This document shows, in pieces, positions 11,988-23,433 of a stretch of 55,438 nucleotides of DNA; position 1 is the stretch's first letter, and every line of letters begins with the position of its first letter. Position numbers and translations under genes: made by a program. This DNA comes from Octopus bimaculoides (taxonomy: Eukaryota): assembly GCF_001194135.2 (NCBI RefSeq), contig NC_068998.1, positions 13,395,291 through 13,450,728 of the forward strand, given 5' to 3'. The notes beneath the pieces were generated by a model that worked only from the letters and a program-made list of their open reading frames with translations, was not told where the DNA came from and did not search any database.

Positions 11988-12271
11988 ATCATTTACATTA
12001 CGTAATTGCCTGCAACTCATCATTTACATTACGTAATTGCCTGCAACTCATCATTTACATTACGTAATTGCCTGCAACTCATCATTTACATTACGTAATT
12101 GCCTGCAACTCATCATTTACATTACGTAATTGCCTGCAACTCATCATTTACATTACGTAATTGCCTGCAACTCATCATTTACATTACGTAATTGCCTGCA
12201 ACTCATCATTTACATTACGTAATTGCCTGCAACTCATCATTTACATTACGTAATTGCCTGCAACTCATCAT
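11988..12271. repeat. Perfect 31-bp minisatellite, ~9.2 copies
   Basis: Unit atcatttacattacgtaattgcctgcaactc; no variants seen. Confidence 0.97.
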
Positions 12272-12282
12272 AACTGAACATA

Positions 12283-12500
12283 AGGCAGCAAGCTGGCAGA
12301 ATCATTAGCTGGGTGAAATGCTCAGCGGTATTTTGTGTCTTATCTTTACATTCTGAGTTCAAATTCTGCTGGGGGTCAACTTTGCCCTTCATCCTTTCGG
12401 GGTCGATAAAATAAGAACCAGTTGAACGCTGGGGGTCGATGTAACTGGCTTATCCTGAAATTTCAGGCCTTTTGCCAATAATAGAAAGGATTATGACTGA
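12283..12500 (+). mobile_element. Family D tRNA-derived SINE
   Basis: agctggcagaatcattagc...ctgagttcaaattc...catcctttcggggtcgataaaataag. Confidence 0.85.
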
Positions 12501-12814
12501 TTATAGCATGTGTAATCTGCTAATGAAAGATTCACTAAGACTCAAGCATGAGGACTCTATCCCCATGACTCTCTCAGGAATAGTGGGTGGGGTAGTGACA
12601 GAGGGCCATGAGAATCTGTGCAAGCAGTGCAACTGGGATGATGATGATGATGTTGATGATTATTATTATTGATCTACTGGATTAGTGTTAATATGGGGCT
12701 AACCCACAACTCAAACTACAACCACTAATACCAGCAAGCCAACTCCACCACGGTCATAATAAGTATCCCTACTAACACCACCACCATCACCACCACCACT
12801 ACCACTAATGTTAT

Positions 12815-13035
12815 AGAATCTCAGTGTGGTCGCTCAGCCAGGCTAGAAATAGTAATGAAATCTCACTGAAATTAACACTCAGACATCTATGAAGAAAAGA
12901 AATGAAAGAATGATACAATTTAGTATCTATAAATAACTACTTTATCCATGTTTAAAATGAAGATGGAATGGTCATAACTAGACTGCCTTCGATCATAGGT
13001 TTGCATGATGAAGGCCTGTAGTTAAAACAATAAGA
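12815..13035 (+). mobile_element. Family G interspersed repeat
   Basis: ggctagaaatagtaatgaaatctc...gatggaatggtcat...gatcataggtttgc. Confidence 0.65.
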
Positions 13036-13509
13036 ATGCCACCACCACCACTACCATCACTGTGTTACCAACATTAATATCATCACAAAGAGCTCACCCA
13101 CTAATATCACTACAGCCGTCATTACATTACCACCATGATTACTATCACCACCACCACCACCACCACCACCAATGTCATCACCAACAGCTCCACCACCGTC
13201 ACTCACTAATGTCATCACTAAAGGATCCACCACTACCACCACAACAACCATCATTGCTCTATTCAAACTAGAAATAAAAATATGAGAAACCTTAGTAACT
13301 GAGACAACTAAAGAAATTATAAACAGAGTCACACTTGCTAGCTTTCAGCTTTCTGGCTTGTTTTTGCTGTGGTGAAAGAAAAAACAAAGAAAATCATTGA
13401 AGTCTCTAAATGGTTTTTTAGTCATCTGAAAGATGTTTTAGAGACAGTCGAGTAACAGTATTACAATGGGTCTAAGAAAAATTCTCGATTCTGCATCTAC
13501 ATTTCAATT

Positions 13510-13895
13510 CAAGCTAGCAGAACCATTAGAGAATCAGAAAAAAAAAAAAAAGCCTTGCAGTGTTTGTTCCAGCTCTCTATACTCAGAGTTTAAATCTGAC
13601 TGAGGCCAACTTGGCCTTTTGCCCTTTTTAGGGTTCATAACATAAAGCACCTGTTAAGTACTAAAGTTGATAGTATCAACTAACTCTCTCCCATCATAAT
13701 TGCTGGACTCATACCCAATACTTTTGAAGGTGGGGCAGAGGGAGTTGGTCGATAAAGGATTCAGCAACCACTCGGGCATTCAATTGGCAGAGTCATTTGA
13801 ACATCAGACAAAATGCTCTGTGGCATTCTGGCTCTTTACATTCTGAATTCAAATCCTGCTGAAGTCAACTTTGTGCTTTCCATCCTTTCAAGGCT
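13510..13895 (+). mobile_element. Two diverged family D fragments
   Basis: agctagcagaaccattag...gagtttaaatc; ttctgaattcaaatcctgctgaagtcaactttg. Confidence 0.6.
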
Positions 13896-14464
13896 ATATA
13901 CCTGTTGTAATTTAGTCATCCATAGTCTGATAATATTTCGAAATAAAATTCCTTCTTCAGATATTCTTACACGGAGTCGCTGTTATAATCAGTTTTATCG
14001 TTTATTTGGTTACTGGATTGTGGCCACAACAGCAAAAACTAACTGCTGCAGAAACTTTTATTTCTCAACTTCAATTACAAAATGTGATACTTTCAACAAT
14101 TCACTATCATCACTGATACACAAATTGATTCACTTGGTTTTAAATGCCTCATTCCTGTTGTTATCATAGCAACAATACTTCCTTGTTAATGGTTAATAAA
14201 TATTTTTGTATTCGGATTTCACGCAGATTTTTGTTCTTCCATCAACCAACCAAATAGTCTTTTATTACACATTCTTACACATGGGAATAAAATTATCTGT
14301 AGTGAATGTTCATAAATAGTATTTGTTATTTTGAATCATTAGAAATTATTCATGAAGATTCACTATAAATACTTCTATCCTCATGTGTAGAAGTGTTGTG
14401 TATACAACAGTATTTATTATTTATTATTTACCAACCGCCCCTTTAAGGACACTTGATTAACAAT

Positions 14465-14670
14465 ATCATTAAAATGCTGGACAATTGACTTCTGATATTT
14501 CTTCTGGCTATTTACATTCTCAGTTTATGAATTGCTGAGGTCAGCTTTGTCTTCCATCTTTCTGGAGTGGATAAAATTATGCATTAGTCATGTGCTGGGA
14601 GCAATAGTATCAAGTAATCCCTCTTCTCAAAAATTTCCGCTCTAGTGCTGAAATTAGAAGCAATAAACGG
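14465..14670 (+). mobile_element. Family D SINE, diverged
   Basis: gctgaggtcagctttgtcttccatctttctggagtggataaaatt. Confidence 0.6.
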
Positions 14671-15090
14671 AACCATATTCTTAAATTGCTATATTTATTA
14701 AAATTTTTTTCTCATAAATTATATTATTTTATTAAATTTTATTAATTTTGATTCATATTGCTTCTCTTTTAAGTAAAATTTGAATTGGATTATGGAAGTG
14801 GGTGACTGTTTTGCAGACTGTGGCAAATGAATTAGTTTCGAAAATAACTATTTTACTCTGCTGAGAGTTGAAAATTCTTCAATATATGGTGAGCTAAGCA
14901 TTTGCAAGAATTCACTGTTTTGTGTGTTCTAAATTGCAAAAGGCTGTAATACTATGTTATTGTTTCATGAGACACAGAGTTCTCACCTTAATGTAGGCCA
15001 AAGTTAGAATGCTATTAATTTGATAATGCAAAAAAAAAAAAAAAATTCTTTGAATCCATAAAAAAAAAGACAGGAAGGTTACTGTTTTTT

Positions 15091-15279
15091 TCCTTTTATT
15101 TGTTTCAGTCATTTGACTGTGGCCATGCTGGAGCAGCGCCTTTAGCCGAGCAAATCGGCCCCAGGACTTATTCTATCAGTCTCCCTTGCTGAATCACTAA
15201 GTTACGGTGACATAAACACACCAGCATGAGTTGTCAAGCAATGTTGGGGGGACAAACACAAACACAAACATATACATAC

Positions 15280-15320
<41 letters not shown>

Positions 15321-15472
15321 ACAAGCTTCTTTCAGTTTCCGTCTACCAAATCCACTCGCAAGGCTTTGGTCGGCTTGAGGCTAAAGTAGAAGACACTTGC
15401 CCAAGGTGCCATGCAGTGGGACTGAACCCGGAACCATGTGGTTGGTAAGCAAGCTACTTACCACACAGCCAC
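15091..15472 (-). mobile_element. Family B SINE with internal deletions
   Basis: Aligns to B; lacks the segment between the two acttattct repeats. Confidence 0.9.
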
Positions 15473-15500
15473 TTGATAAATTTAAAAAAAGAACTCTGAT

Positions 15501-15830
15501 TCATTGTCATCATCATCATCATCATCATCATCATTGTTGTCATCATTAAACATTTGTTTCCCATGTTGGCATGGGTTAGATGGTTTGACAGGCGCTGGTC
15601 AGCCGGGGAGCTGTCCAGACTCCAGTTGTCTTTTGTGGTGTGGTTTCTGCAGCTAGATGCCCTTCCTAATGCCAACCCCTTTACAGAAGGTGCTGGGTGC
15701 TTTTATGCATTTATGCAGCACCAGCACAAGTGCGTTTTACATGACACTGGGCACCTGTAAAGAACAAGCCTGTATGTATGGATGGCAATGATTTTACTTG
15801 GCTTGACACGTTTTCTCAAGTACTTCAAAT
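15501..15830 (-). mobile_element. Family C element
   Basis: (CAT)n...gatgcccttcctaatgccaacc. Confidence 0.8.
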
Positions 15831-16479
15831 CGGCACAACTCCCATTCCCTTGTCAATTCCTCAGTGAGGCCCATCATCTGATTCTATAAAAAATATAGTA
15901 ATGGTGATAGTAGGAATGCCTTGATTTTTACTAACATGAAAATAATATTTGATTGCATAAAAATAAATATGGTAATGGGGAATTTTTTTGCTCTTACAAA
16001 TGTTTGATAAAGTGATAAGTTAATTCCAATTCCTTATCGACCTGATGATGAAATTTGCCTATTTTTTAATGTATGCACAAAAACTGACCATAAAGTAGGA
16101 GATATTAACAGATGACAGCAAGGATACAAACAACCGCCTATTTAGTACAATCATATGAGGGAGAGCTATGTGTTAATATTAATACTATGCATTATTCATT
16201 GTTAAGACAACTGGACTTCTGACCATTACTGTGTCTGTCTGTACTACAATCAATAATCTATATCATCTGTGAGTCTGAGTTTATAAATGTTGTCTCAAGA
16301 ATGTTTTTCATTTATTATATTTTTTTTTCCATTGTAAAGTTAAAATTTTGAGAGGAGGGTTCATTGTTCTGTAATATTTGTTTTAATTAATTTCATTATA
16401 ACGAGTTTTTTGGTGTTGTTACATTATGATTGTCACCAGGGATGGAAATAAATATTGTTATATAAGAAAATCTGTATCA

Positions 16480-16935
<456 letters not shown>

Positions 16936-17584
16936 ATGGATGAAGATCTTTGAGTACAAATGGGTAAAAACATTTTCAGTATATGAAACAGAGGATAAAT
17001 ATTTAATTGGAAGCTCAGTTACATTGTTTCATAATCCTGAGTTTCACATTGCTGATAATTCTAACAATTAAAATAGCGAAACAACATGATACTATATAAG
17101 TAAAATTCTTTGCAAACACATCAAGGTATTAATTAGCCAACAGTACTTAAAGATTTGAATAGTTGCCAAAAAAAAAAAAAAAAAGACAAAAAAGATATTA
17201 GAAAATGCATCATTCATTCATCCATTCAGTTGTCATGCATGCATGATATTTTCATAAATTCATGCACAATACAATATAATGTTGCCTTGTTTTCAATATT
17301 ATGCTTATAAATCACACAAAAGCAAATGAAGCTACTGTTGTTAATGAAGCGTTATAATGCTTCATTAACAACAAGACCTAATTTTTCTTTTTTAGTTATA
17401 TAACCATCTTAGAGGATAAGGCAATTCAGTTACGTAGGAAATAAATTGTTTTGGTTAGAGATACAAACATAGTTGTATGGTTGAGATGTTTGCTTTCAAA
17501 CTATATGGATTCAGGTTCAGTCCCTGGGCTGGACAAAGCCTTGTGAAAGGATTTAGTTGATGGAAACTGAAAGACGCCTGCTGT

Positions 17585-17860
17585 GTGCATGCTTGCGTGT
17601 GTGTGTGTGTGTGTGTGTGTGCGTGTGCGTGTGTGTGTGCTTGTGCAAGTGTGTGTGTGCTTGTGCAAGTGTGTGTGTGTATGTGTGTGTGTGTGTGTTT
17701 GTGCAAGTGTGTGTGTGTGTTTGTGCAAGTGTGTGTGTGNNNNNNNNNNTGTGTGTGTGTGTGTGTTTGTGCAAGTGTGTGTGTGTGTTTGTGCAAGTGT
17801 GTGTGTGTGTTTGTGCAAGTGTGTGTGTGTGTTTGTGCAAGTGTGTGTGTGTGTGTACAT
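17585..17860. repeat. ~18-bp (TG)-based minisatellite gtgtgtgtttgtgcaagt, following a diverged B head at 17465-17590
   Basis: Direct inspection. Confidence 0.85.
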
Positions 17861-18899
17861 GTGCATTTCTTTGAGAATTACCAAGCTAAAAGCAGTGACA
17901 TTGTTGTCATTTTCTTTGTTAACAAATCATCTGCTGACTTTGCACTTTTGAAGTCATGCAAGGTAAGACACCCTAACTTGAAAACCAGGTAAGGGTTATT
18001 AACAGGAAAGCATCAGGCTTCAAAACAGTGACTTCATGATATACTCATTTGACCCTGCTAGCATTGAAAATGGATGCAAAAAGGAGGTTGGTAGTTAAAG
18101 ATTTTTAATAGATAGTTATGCAAATGTATGCTCAATAATGAATCATTCAATTCAGTTTTATAAGTGTTATTATCATCCTTTAAACTCTAAATATAGAAAT
18201 ATTAATGTGAGTGTCAAAAATATGCATATATTTTAAAGGGTTTTTCAGTAAGCCTTTTATAGATTTTTATTTCACTTTTTCTGCAAAGGGGACACAGAAA
18301 TTTACATACCATTAAGAGTGAAGATATAAGGGTCATTGAAATTACATAGAGAAAACAGCAAAGTTTTTTTGGTGGGGACTACTACTTCTCATACTAATGC
18401 TATTTTATAAAATAATCTCATATATATACTCTATGGGGAAATGCTTGTTTATAAAGATTTTTTTTTTTTTAAGGAAAAATTTGGTAGCATTGAAATGAAT
18501 TTATAAACTATAAGGCAGATTATAGTATGCAATACTTCCTATAGTTGTGTTTATGAGTATTAGTGTTGTATTAGTATTAGTATGTAGTGTAGTTTACCTT
18601 CCAACCACTATTTTTTAATGCAACATTGTAATCATGAGTTGCATGGTTAAAGGATTGCTTATACAAAAGTATGCCGGATATTCACTGACCAATGTTATTA
18701 ACTAAGATTTTAAGGATTATTAGAATTTATATTAACATACAGTAATTTCTCATTAGGATTCTTGTGAGGAAAGTATTTATACCTTTGAGATTAACTATAC
18801 TTAGGTGCTTATCTGCTATGATTTGTAAATCTAGGTTTTTCCCTATGTTGATGATCTCTTTTTAAACAGCATCCATTGCTTGTTCATTCATACCTCACA

Positions 18900-19140
18900 A
18901 AGTGATTAGTCTATCACCTTGGTAATGATCAAACTCTGTTGAGCAAAATCTATTCTGACGTAAGTGTAAGATGTGTTAATTCAGCATTAATTCACAAATC
19001 TACGAACCACGTCTGCGAGTAAGTTAATGTCAATCAGCTGCATTGCTCTTTTCTAGATGTGGTCCAGCTCATGCAACACCAACATCATTCCAATGTAGAG
19101 CAATATTCCATTGTGGATTTTATTTGTAGATTACCAATAA
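18900..19140 (-). pseudogene. Decayed CR1/L2/Jockey-group LINE ORF2 3' fragment
   Basis: Frameshifted QIKSTMEYCS / HWNDVGVA / RAMQLIDINLL resembles the recalled VRPxMEYCSHIW...IQKRAIRLI. Confidence 0.5.
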
Positions 19141-19291
19141 TTGTGTTGGGGTGCTGAAGTATTTGTTGGCACTGAAAATAGGACAAACCGATGGGATGTG
19201 GCTCTGATAATTTTACACAGATTAGGTGGCTATTGCAGGATGAAGAACATGTGCAAACCCTGTTAACCAGTTTTCAAGCCCTGGGCTGCAA

Positions 19292-19623
19292 CATCATCAT
19301 CATCGTCGTTTAACGTCCGCTTTCCATGCTAGCATGGGTTGGACGATTTGACTGAGGACTGGTGAAACCAGATGGCTACACCAGGCTCCAATTTGATTTG
19401 GCAGAGTTTCTACGGCTGGATGCCCTTCCTAACGCCAACCACTCAGATAGTGTAGTGGGTGCTTTTACGTGTCACCCGCACGAAGGCCAGTCAGGCGGTA
19501 CTGGCAACGGCCATGCTCAAGATGGTGTATTTTATGTGCCACCTGCACAAGAGCCAGTCCAGGGGCACTGGCAACGATCTCGCTTGAAAATCCTACGAAG
19601 GCCAGTCAGGCGGTACTGGCAAC
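19292..19623 (-). mobile_element. Family C element, young copy with internal 29-bp direct repeat
   Basis: 3' part nearly identical to 30482-30672; acgaaggccagtcaggcggtactggcaac occurs twice. Confidence 0.9.
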
Positions 19624-19779
19624 ATGAGTGTAAAAGTCCATATCCTGTTTAGTCATCTAGACAACTTCTTTAAAAATCATAATGCAATAAGTGACAAGCA
19701 AGGAAAAAGATTCCACCAAGATACTGAGACCATGGAGACTAGGTATCAAAGATGGTGAAACACAAACAGGATGAGTGAC
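19624..19779 (+). pseudogene. DDE transposase C-terminal fragment, probably CMC/Chapaev3-like
   Basis: MSVKVHILFSHLDNFFKNHNAISDKQGKRFHQDTETMETRYQRW* resembles the recalled KIHFLHSHLDFFPENLGAVSDEQGERFHQDI; superfamily label from memory. Confidence 0.65.
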
Positions 19780-20367
19780 CAGTGGTGGCTTGTGTATAGG
19801 CACCGCGGAACTGCAGCACCCACTATTTCCACTCGATATTATCGATAACATTCAATATAATGAGTCCTTTTTTTTCTTTAATTCTTTCTATATACTTGTA
19901 CATTATATAATCCTTAAGCTTAATGTCAGTAGCCATCCCCTAATTTATGAAAAAAATACAAAACTCCTTGTATAGAACTGTGTGCATCACAGTTCCAGCA
20001 ACGTGGTGTTTTTGGCTGTTGTGCGCATGCTCACATGTCCGAGATAGGAAGCTTCACACTAGGGAGAGAGAGCACTGCATAAATGACAGTGCTGGGTGAA
20101 AGGTAGTGCTTCTTTTTGACTCCATGTGTATTGTGCTTAAAAACGTGTTTATATTCATGTATGTGATAAAGTGTAGAATTAGATTATTATTCTGCTTCCA
20201 GCTTCAGTCTTGATGCCAGGATTTGAAAAATAAGGCACATTTCCCTGCCTTATTTTGTGATTTAAGGGGGATTTTTGAAAAACAAGGGGGAATTCATGGC
20301 GGTGTGCAGTGAACAAATTAAATACACTACCCGGCTGTGGCTAAAACATGAACCGATGAAGTTTATG

Positions 20368-20776
20368 TACTCTTTTACTCGTTTCAGTCATTTTGACTGC
20401 GGCCATGCAGGAGCACCGCCTTTAGTCGAGCAAATCGACCCCAGGACTTATTCTTTGGAAGCCTAGTACTTATTCTATCGGTCTCTTTCGCCGAACCGCT
20501 AAGTGACGGGGACATAAACACACCAGCATCAGTTGTCAAGCAATGCTAGGGGGACAAACAGACACACAAACACATATACACACACACATATATATATATA
20601 CACATATATACGACGGGCTTCTTTCAGTTTCCGTCTACCAAATCCACTCACAAGGCATTGGTCGGCCCGAGGCTATAGTAGAAGACACTTGCCCAAGGTG
20701 CCACGCAGTGGGACTGAACCTGGAACCATGTGGTTGGTAAGCAAGCTACTTACCACACAGTCACTCCTGCGCCTGT
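20368..20776 (-). mobile_element. Family B SINE, full length
   Basis: High identity to the other young B copies. Confidence 0.92.
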
Positions 20777-21217
20777 ATAAATTTTCTTTTTGTATGCTTG
20801 TTTCCTTTTACACAATATTAAAACAATGGCTAAGAATTTTCTGAAGCAGTACCCACAACTAATTTTATCTATGAGCTGTCACTGTGAGTGACTGTTGCTG
20901 GTTTCTGCAAAGAGACTGTTGTGATGCAGGTTATTTATGCAAAGCAGGAAAGAAAAAGTTCACTTCTTGAGTTTGACAAAACTATCTACCCTAAGATGTG
21001 TTATTAAACGCTTTGTGCAATATATTCATTAAACAATAAAAAGTACTATTTGGTCTGTGTTAGTTTCTTATTTCAGAATTGCATTTAATGGCAAAACTGA
21101 CATTTTTTTGGTAAAAAAAAAAAAAAAAGAGAGAAAAAATGAATTCCTGTAGTAAAGATTGTTTGCCAACATAACATGGCAGTCCTGGTTTAGAACTAAT
21201 GTTGCTGTAATTTAGCC

Positions 21218-21361
21218 CCAGGAGACATCATCTCCAGCTAGCTATACGACACGATCTGTGTCCTTATATTTTCAAGCTGAGTGGGGGTGCTAGATTCCCT
21301 TGTTCAAAAATATAAGGATACAGATCATGTCGTATAGCCAGCTAGAGACGATGTCTCCTGG
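21218..21361. repeat. Inverted repeat, 55-bp arms, 34-nt spacer
   Basis: 21218-21272 versus reverse complement of 21307-21361: 50/55 identical. Confidence 0.95.
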
Positions 21362-21992
21362 CAAACAATATTTACTACAAAGTACTGCTGCTGAATATCT
21401 CATGTTGTGAGATTTAAAAATAGTAATTTTCTAAATGAATTCCTGTTTAACACAAAACTCGACATGGTAGGAAATTTCTAAGGGCATTTTTGAAGCCAGC
21501 TCCATCATATTAGGCAGGACTAATTGTAAAAAGCAAAACAACTAAAAATTTTTTCCAAAAATGTTCGTCAGTGTTATTAATAAAACAATAAAAGCAACTA
21601 GCCAGTCCTATTACTGATGAACAAACAATACAATTGTGCTTATTCAGAGAGTAAGCTGTAGAAAAAAACTTGATGCAATAGAAGAAAACTGACTGTAGTT
21701 TTGAAATTACAGCATGTCAGTATTAATCTAAACCAAGTGAAAAAGCAAAGTCAACAAAAATTATGTTCAAAATTGTTCCTCTGTGCAATCAGTAATTGAT
21801 TGATTGTAATCAATCAATTCTTTTAGTATTGTATGGCTGATCAATTGCTACACCACGTGACAAGGATAAGATACAGGGTCCAATCTCTTAAAGTAGGATT
21901 GTTTCACTTTATTTTCTATTACAAATTTGCTCTTAACATGTCTGATATACTTCACGGTTTAAATCTGAGCTGTTAGTTGATTCAACATTTTA

Positions 21993-22026
<34 letters not shown>

Positions 22027-22054
22027 CACACAAACAAACATGCACACACACACA

Positions 22055-22285
22055 GAAATCCCTTGCCATATCACAGTTCACCCATCACGCATTCAGTACA
22101 TCACGGTTCACCTATCCCGTACTCAGTACATCGCAGATTTTTCTGGCTAACATATGTAAATTTATATCACAGATTCCTCAGTATATTTGCATTTCTGCAG
22201 CCAATAGGTATTTATATTTTTTTTAGATTTTAATTATTTCTGTAGCAGGTTTTAGAACATAACACTCACAATAGTCAAGGAATTA

Positions 22286-22327
<42 letters not shown>

Positions 22328-22960
22328 NNNNNNNNNNNNNNNNNNNNNNNNNNNNNNNNNNNNNNNNNNNNNNNNNNNNNNNNNNNNNNNNNNNNNNNNN
22401 NNNNNNNNNNNNNNNNNNNNNNNNNNNNNNNNNNNNNNNNNNNNNNNNNNNNNNNNNNNNNNNNNNNNNNNNNNNNNNNNNNNNNNNNNNNNNNNNNNNN
22501 NNNNNNNNNNNNNNNNNNNNNNNNNNNNNNNNNNNNNNNNNNNNNNNNNNNNNNNNNNNNNNNNNNNNNNNNNNNNNNNNNNNNNNNNNNNNNNNNNNNN
22601 NNNNNNNNNNNNNNNNNNNNNNNNNNNNNNNNNNNNNNNNNNNNNNNNNNNNNNNNNNNNNNNNNNNNNNNNNNNNNNNNNNNNNNNNNNNNNNNNNNNN
22701 NNNNNNNNNNNNNNNTATATAAATAAATTGTAAATCCAAAAAATAACAACAAAAATACAAAGGATTCTGCGGTACACGTGTTTCAAGCTTTATATCAGTG
22801 TATAATTTACAATATAAAGCTATCTTCAGCCGCAAAAGTATATATACATATATTGTAATAATAACAATAATCTTTGGACAGAATTTGTAAACATTTAATG
22901 CATTGCTATGTGCATTTTTACAAATCACATGTCTCTATTCCTGGATGATTACAGTACAGT
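22055..22960. mobile_element. Possible pogo/Tigger-like MITE remnant spanning a gap
   Basis: cagaaatcccttgccatatcacagttcacc start with ~32-bp subterminal duplication; family assignment from recall only. Confidence 0.35.
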
Positions 22961-23178
22961 CAGTAGTATCAGTGGTCATCGGATAGATCATCTTCATGGT
23001 CAAGAGGGATAAACATCCGTCTAGTGGACATCCATTAATGTTATATCACCTGAAGAAATGCATACACAATGATGATCTATCTGATGCCCATGGATGCTAC
23101 AGACTCCACTGTAATCATTCCAGGAATATAGACTGCAATCTTAAGAGACATGTGATTTGTGGAAACACATGTAGCGAT

Positions 23179-23433
23179 TATTTACATTTGATGGATATTT
23201 GTCCTCATCTTGTTTGTTGTCAACACAACGTTTTGGCTGATATACCCTCCAGCCTTTTTCAAGTGTCTTGGTGAAATTTTGAACCTGAGTTCTCATTTCT
23301 AAGGCATTTTTCAATATTGTCGTTATTATCATTATTATTATTATTATTATTCAGGCCACTGCCTGGAATTGAACTTGGAATCTTCGGGGTTACTAGCCCA
23401 TGCTCTTAACCACTACGCCATATGCCAGTGGGC
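23179..23433 (-). mobile_element. Family F: tRNA-Thr(AGT)-like head + (AAT)n + body with decayed hammerhead
   Basis: A box TGGCGTAGTGG, anticodon-like loop CTAGTAA, B box GTTCAATTC; TSD (c)atgtagcgat at 23168-23178 and 23433-23443. Confidence 0.85.

Noticed and set aside
11988-12271. CRISPR array
   Set aside because: Units are directly adjacent with no spacers, no cas genes, and the context is eukaryotic
14792-14888. Selenoprotein-like exon (DCGK-TGA, CxxU) ending at a GTGAGC donor
   Set aside because: No resemblance to known CxxU selenoprotein contexts, no in-frame acceptor and no SECIS seen
23355-23433. Functional tRNA-Thr gene
   Set aside because: Acceptor, anticodon and T stems pair poorly, and it lies within a TSD-flanked retroposon; the same applies to the A, B, D and E heads
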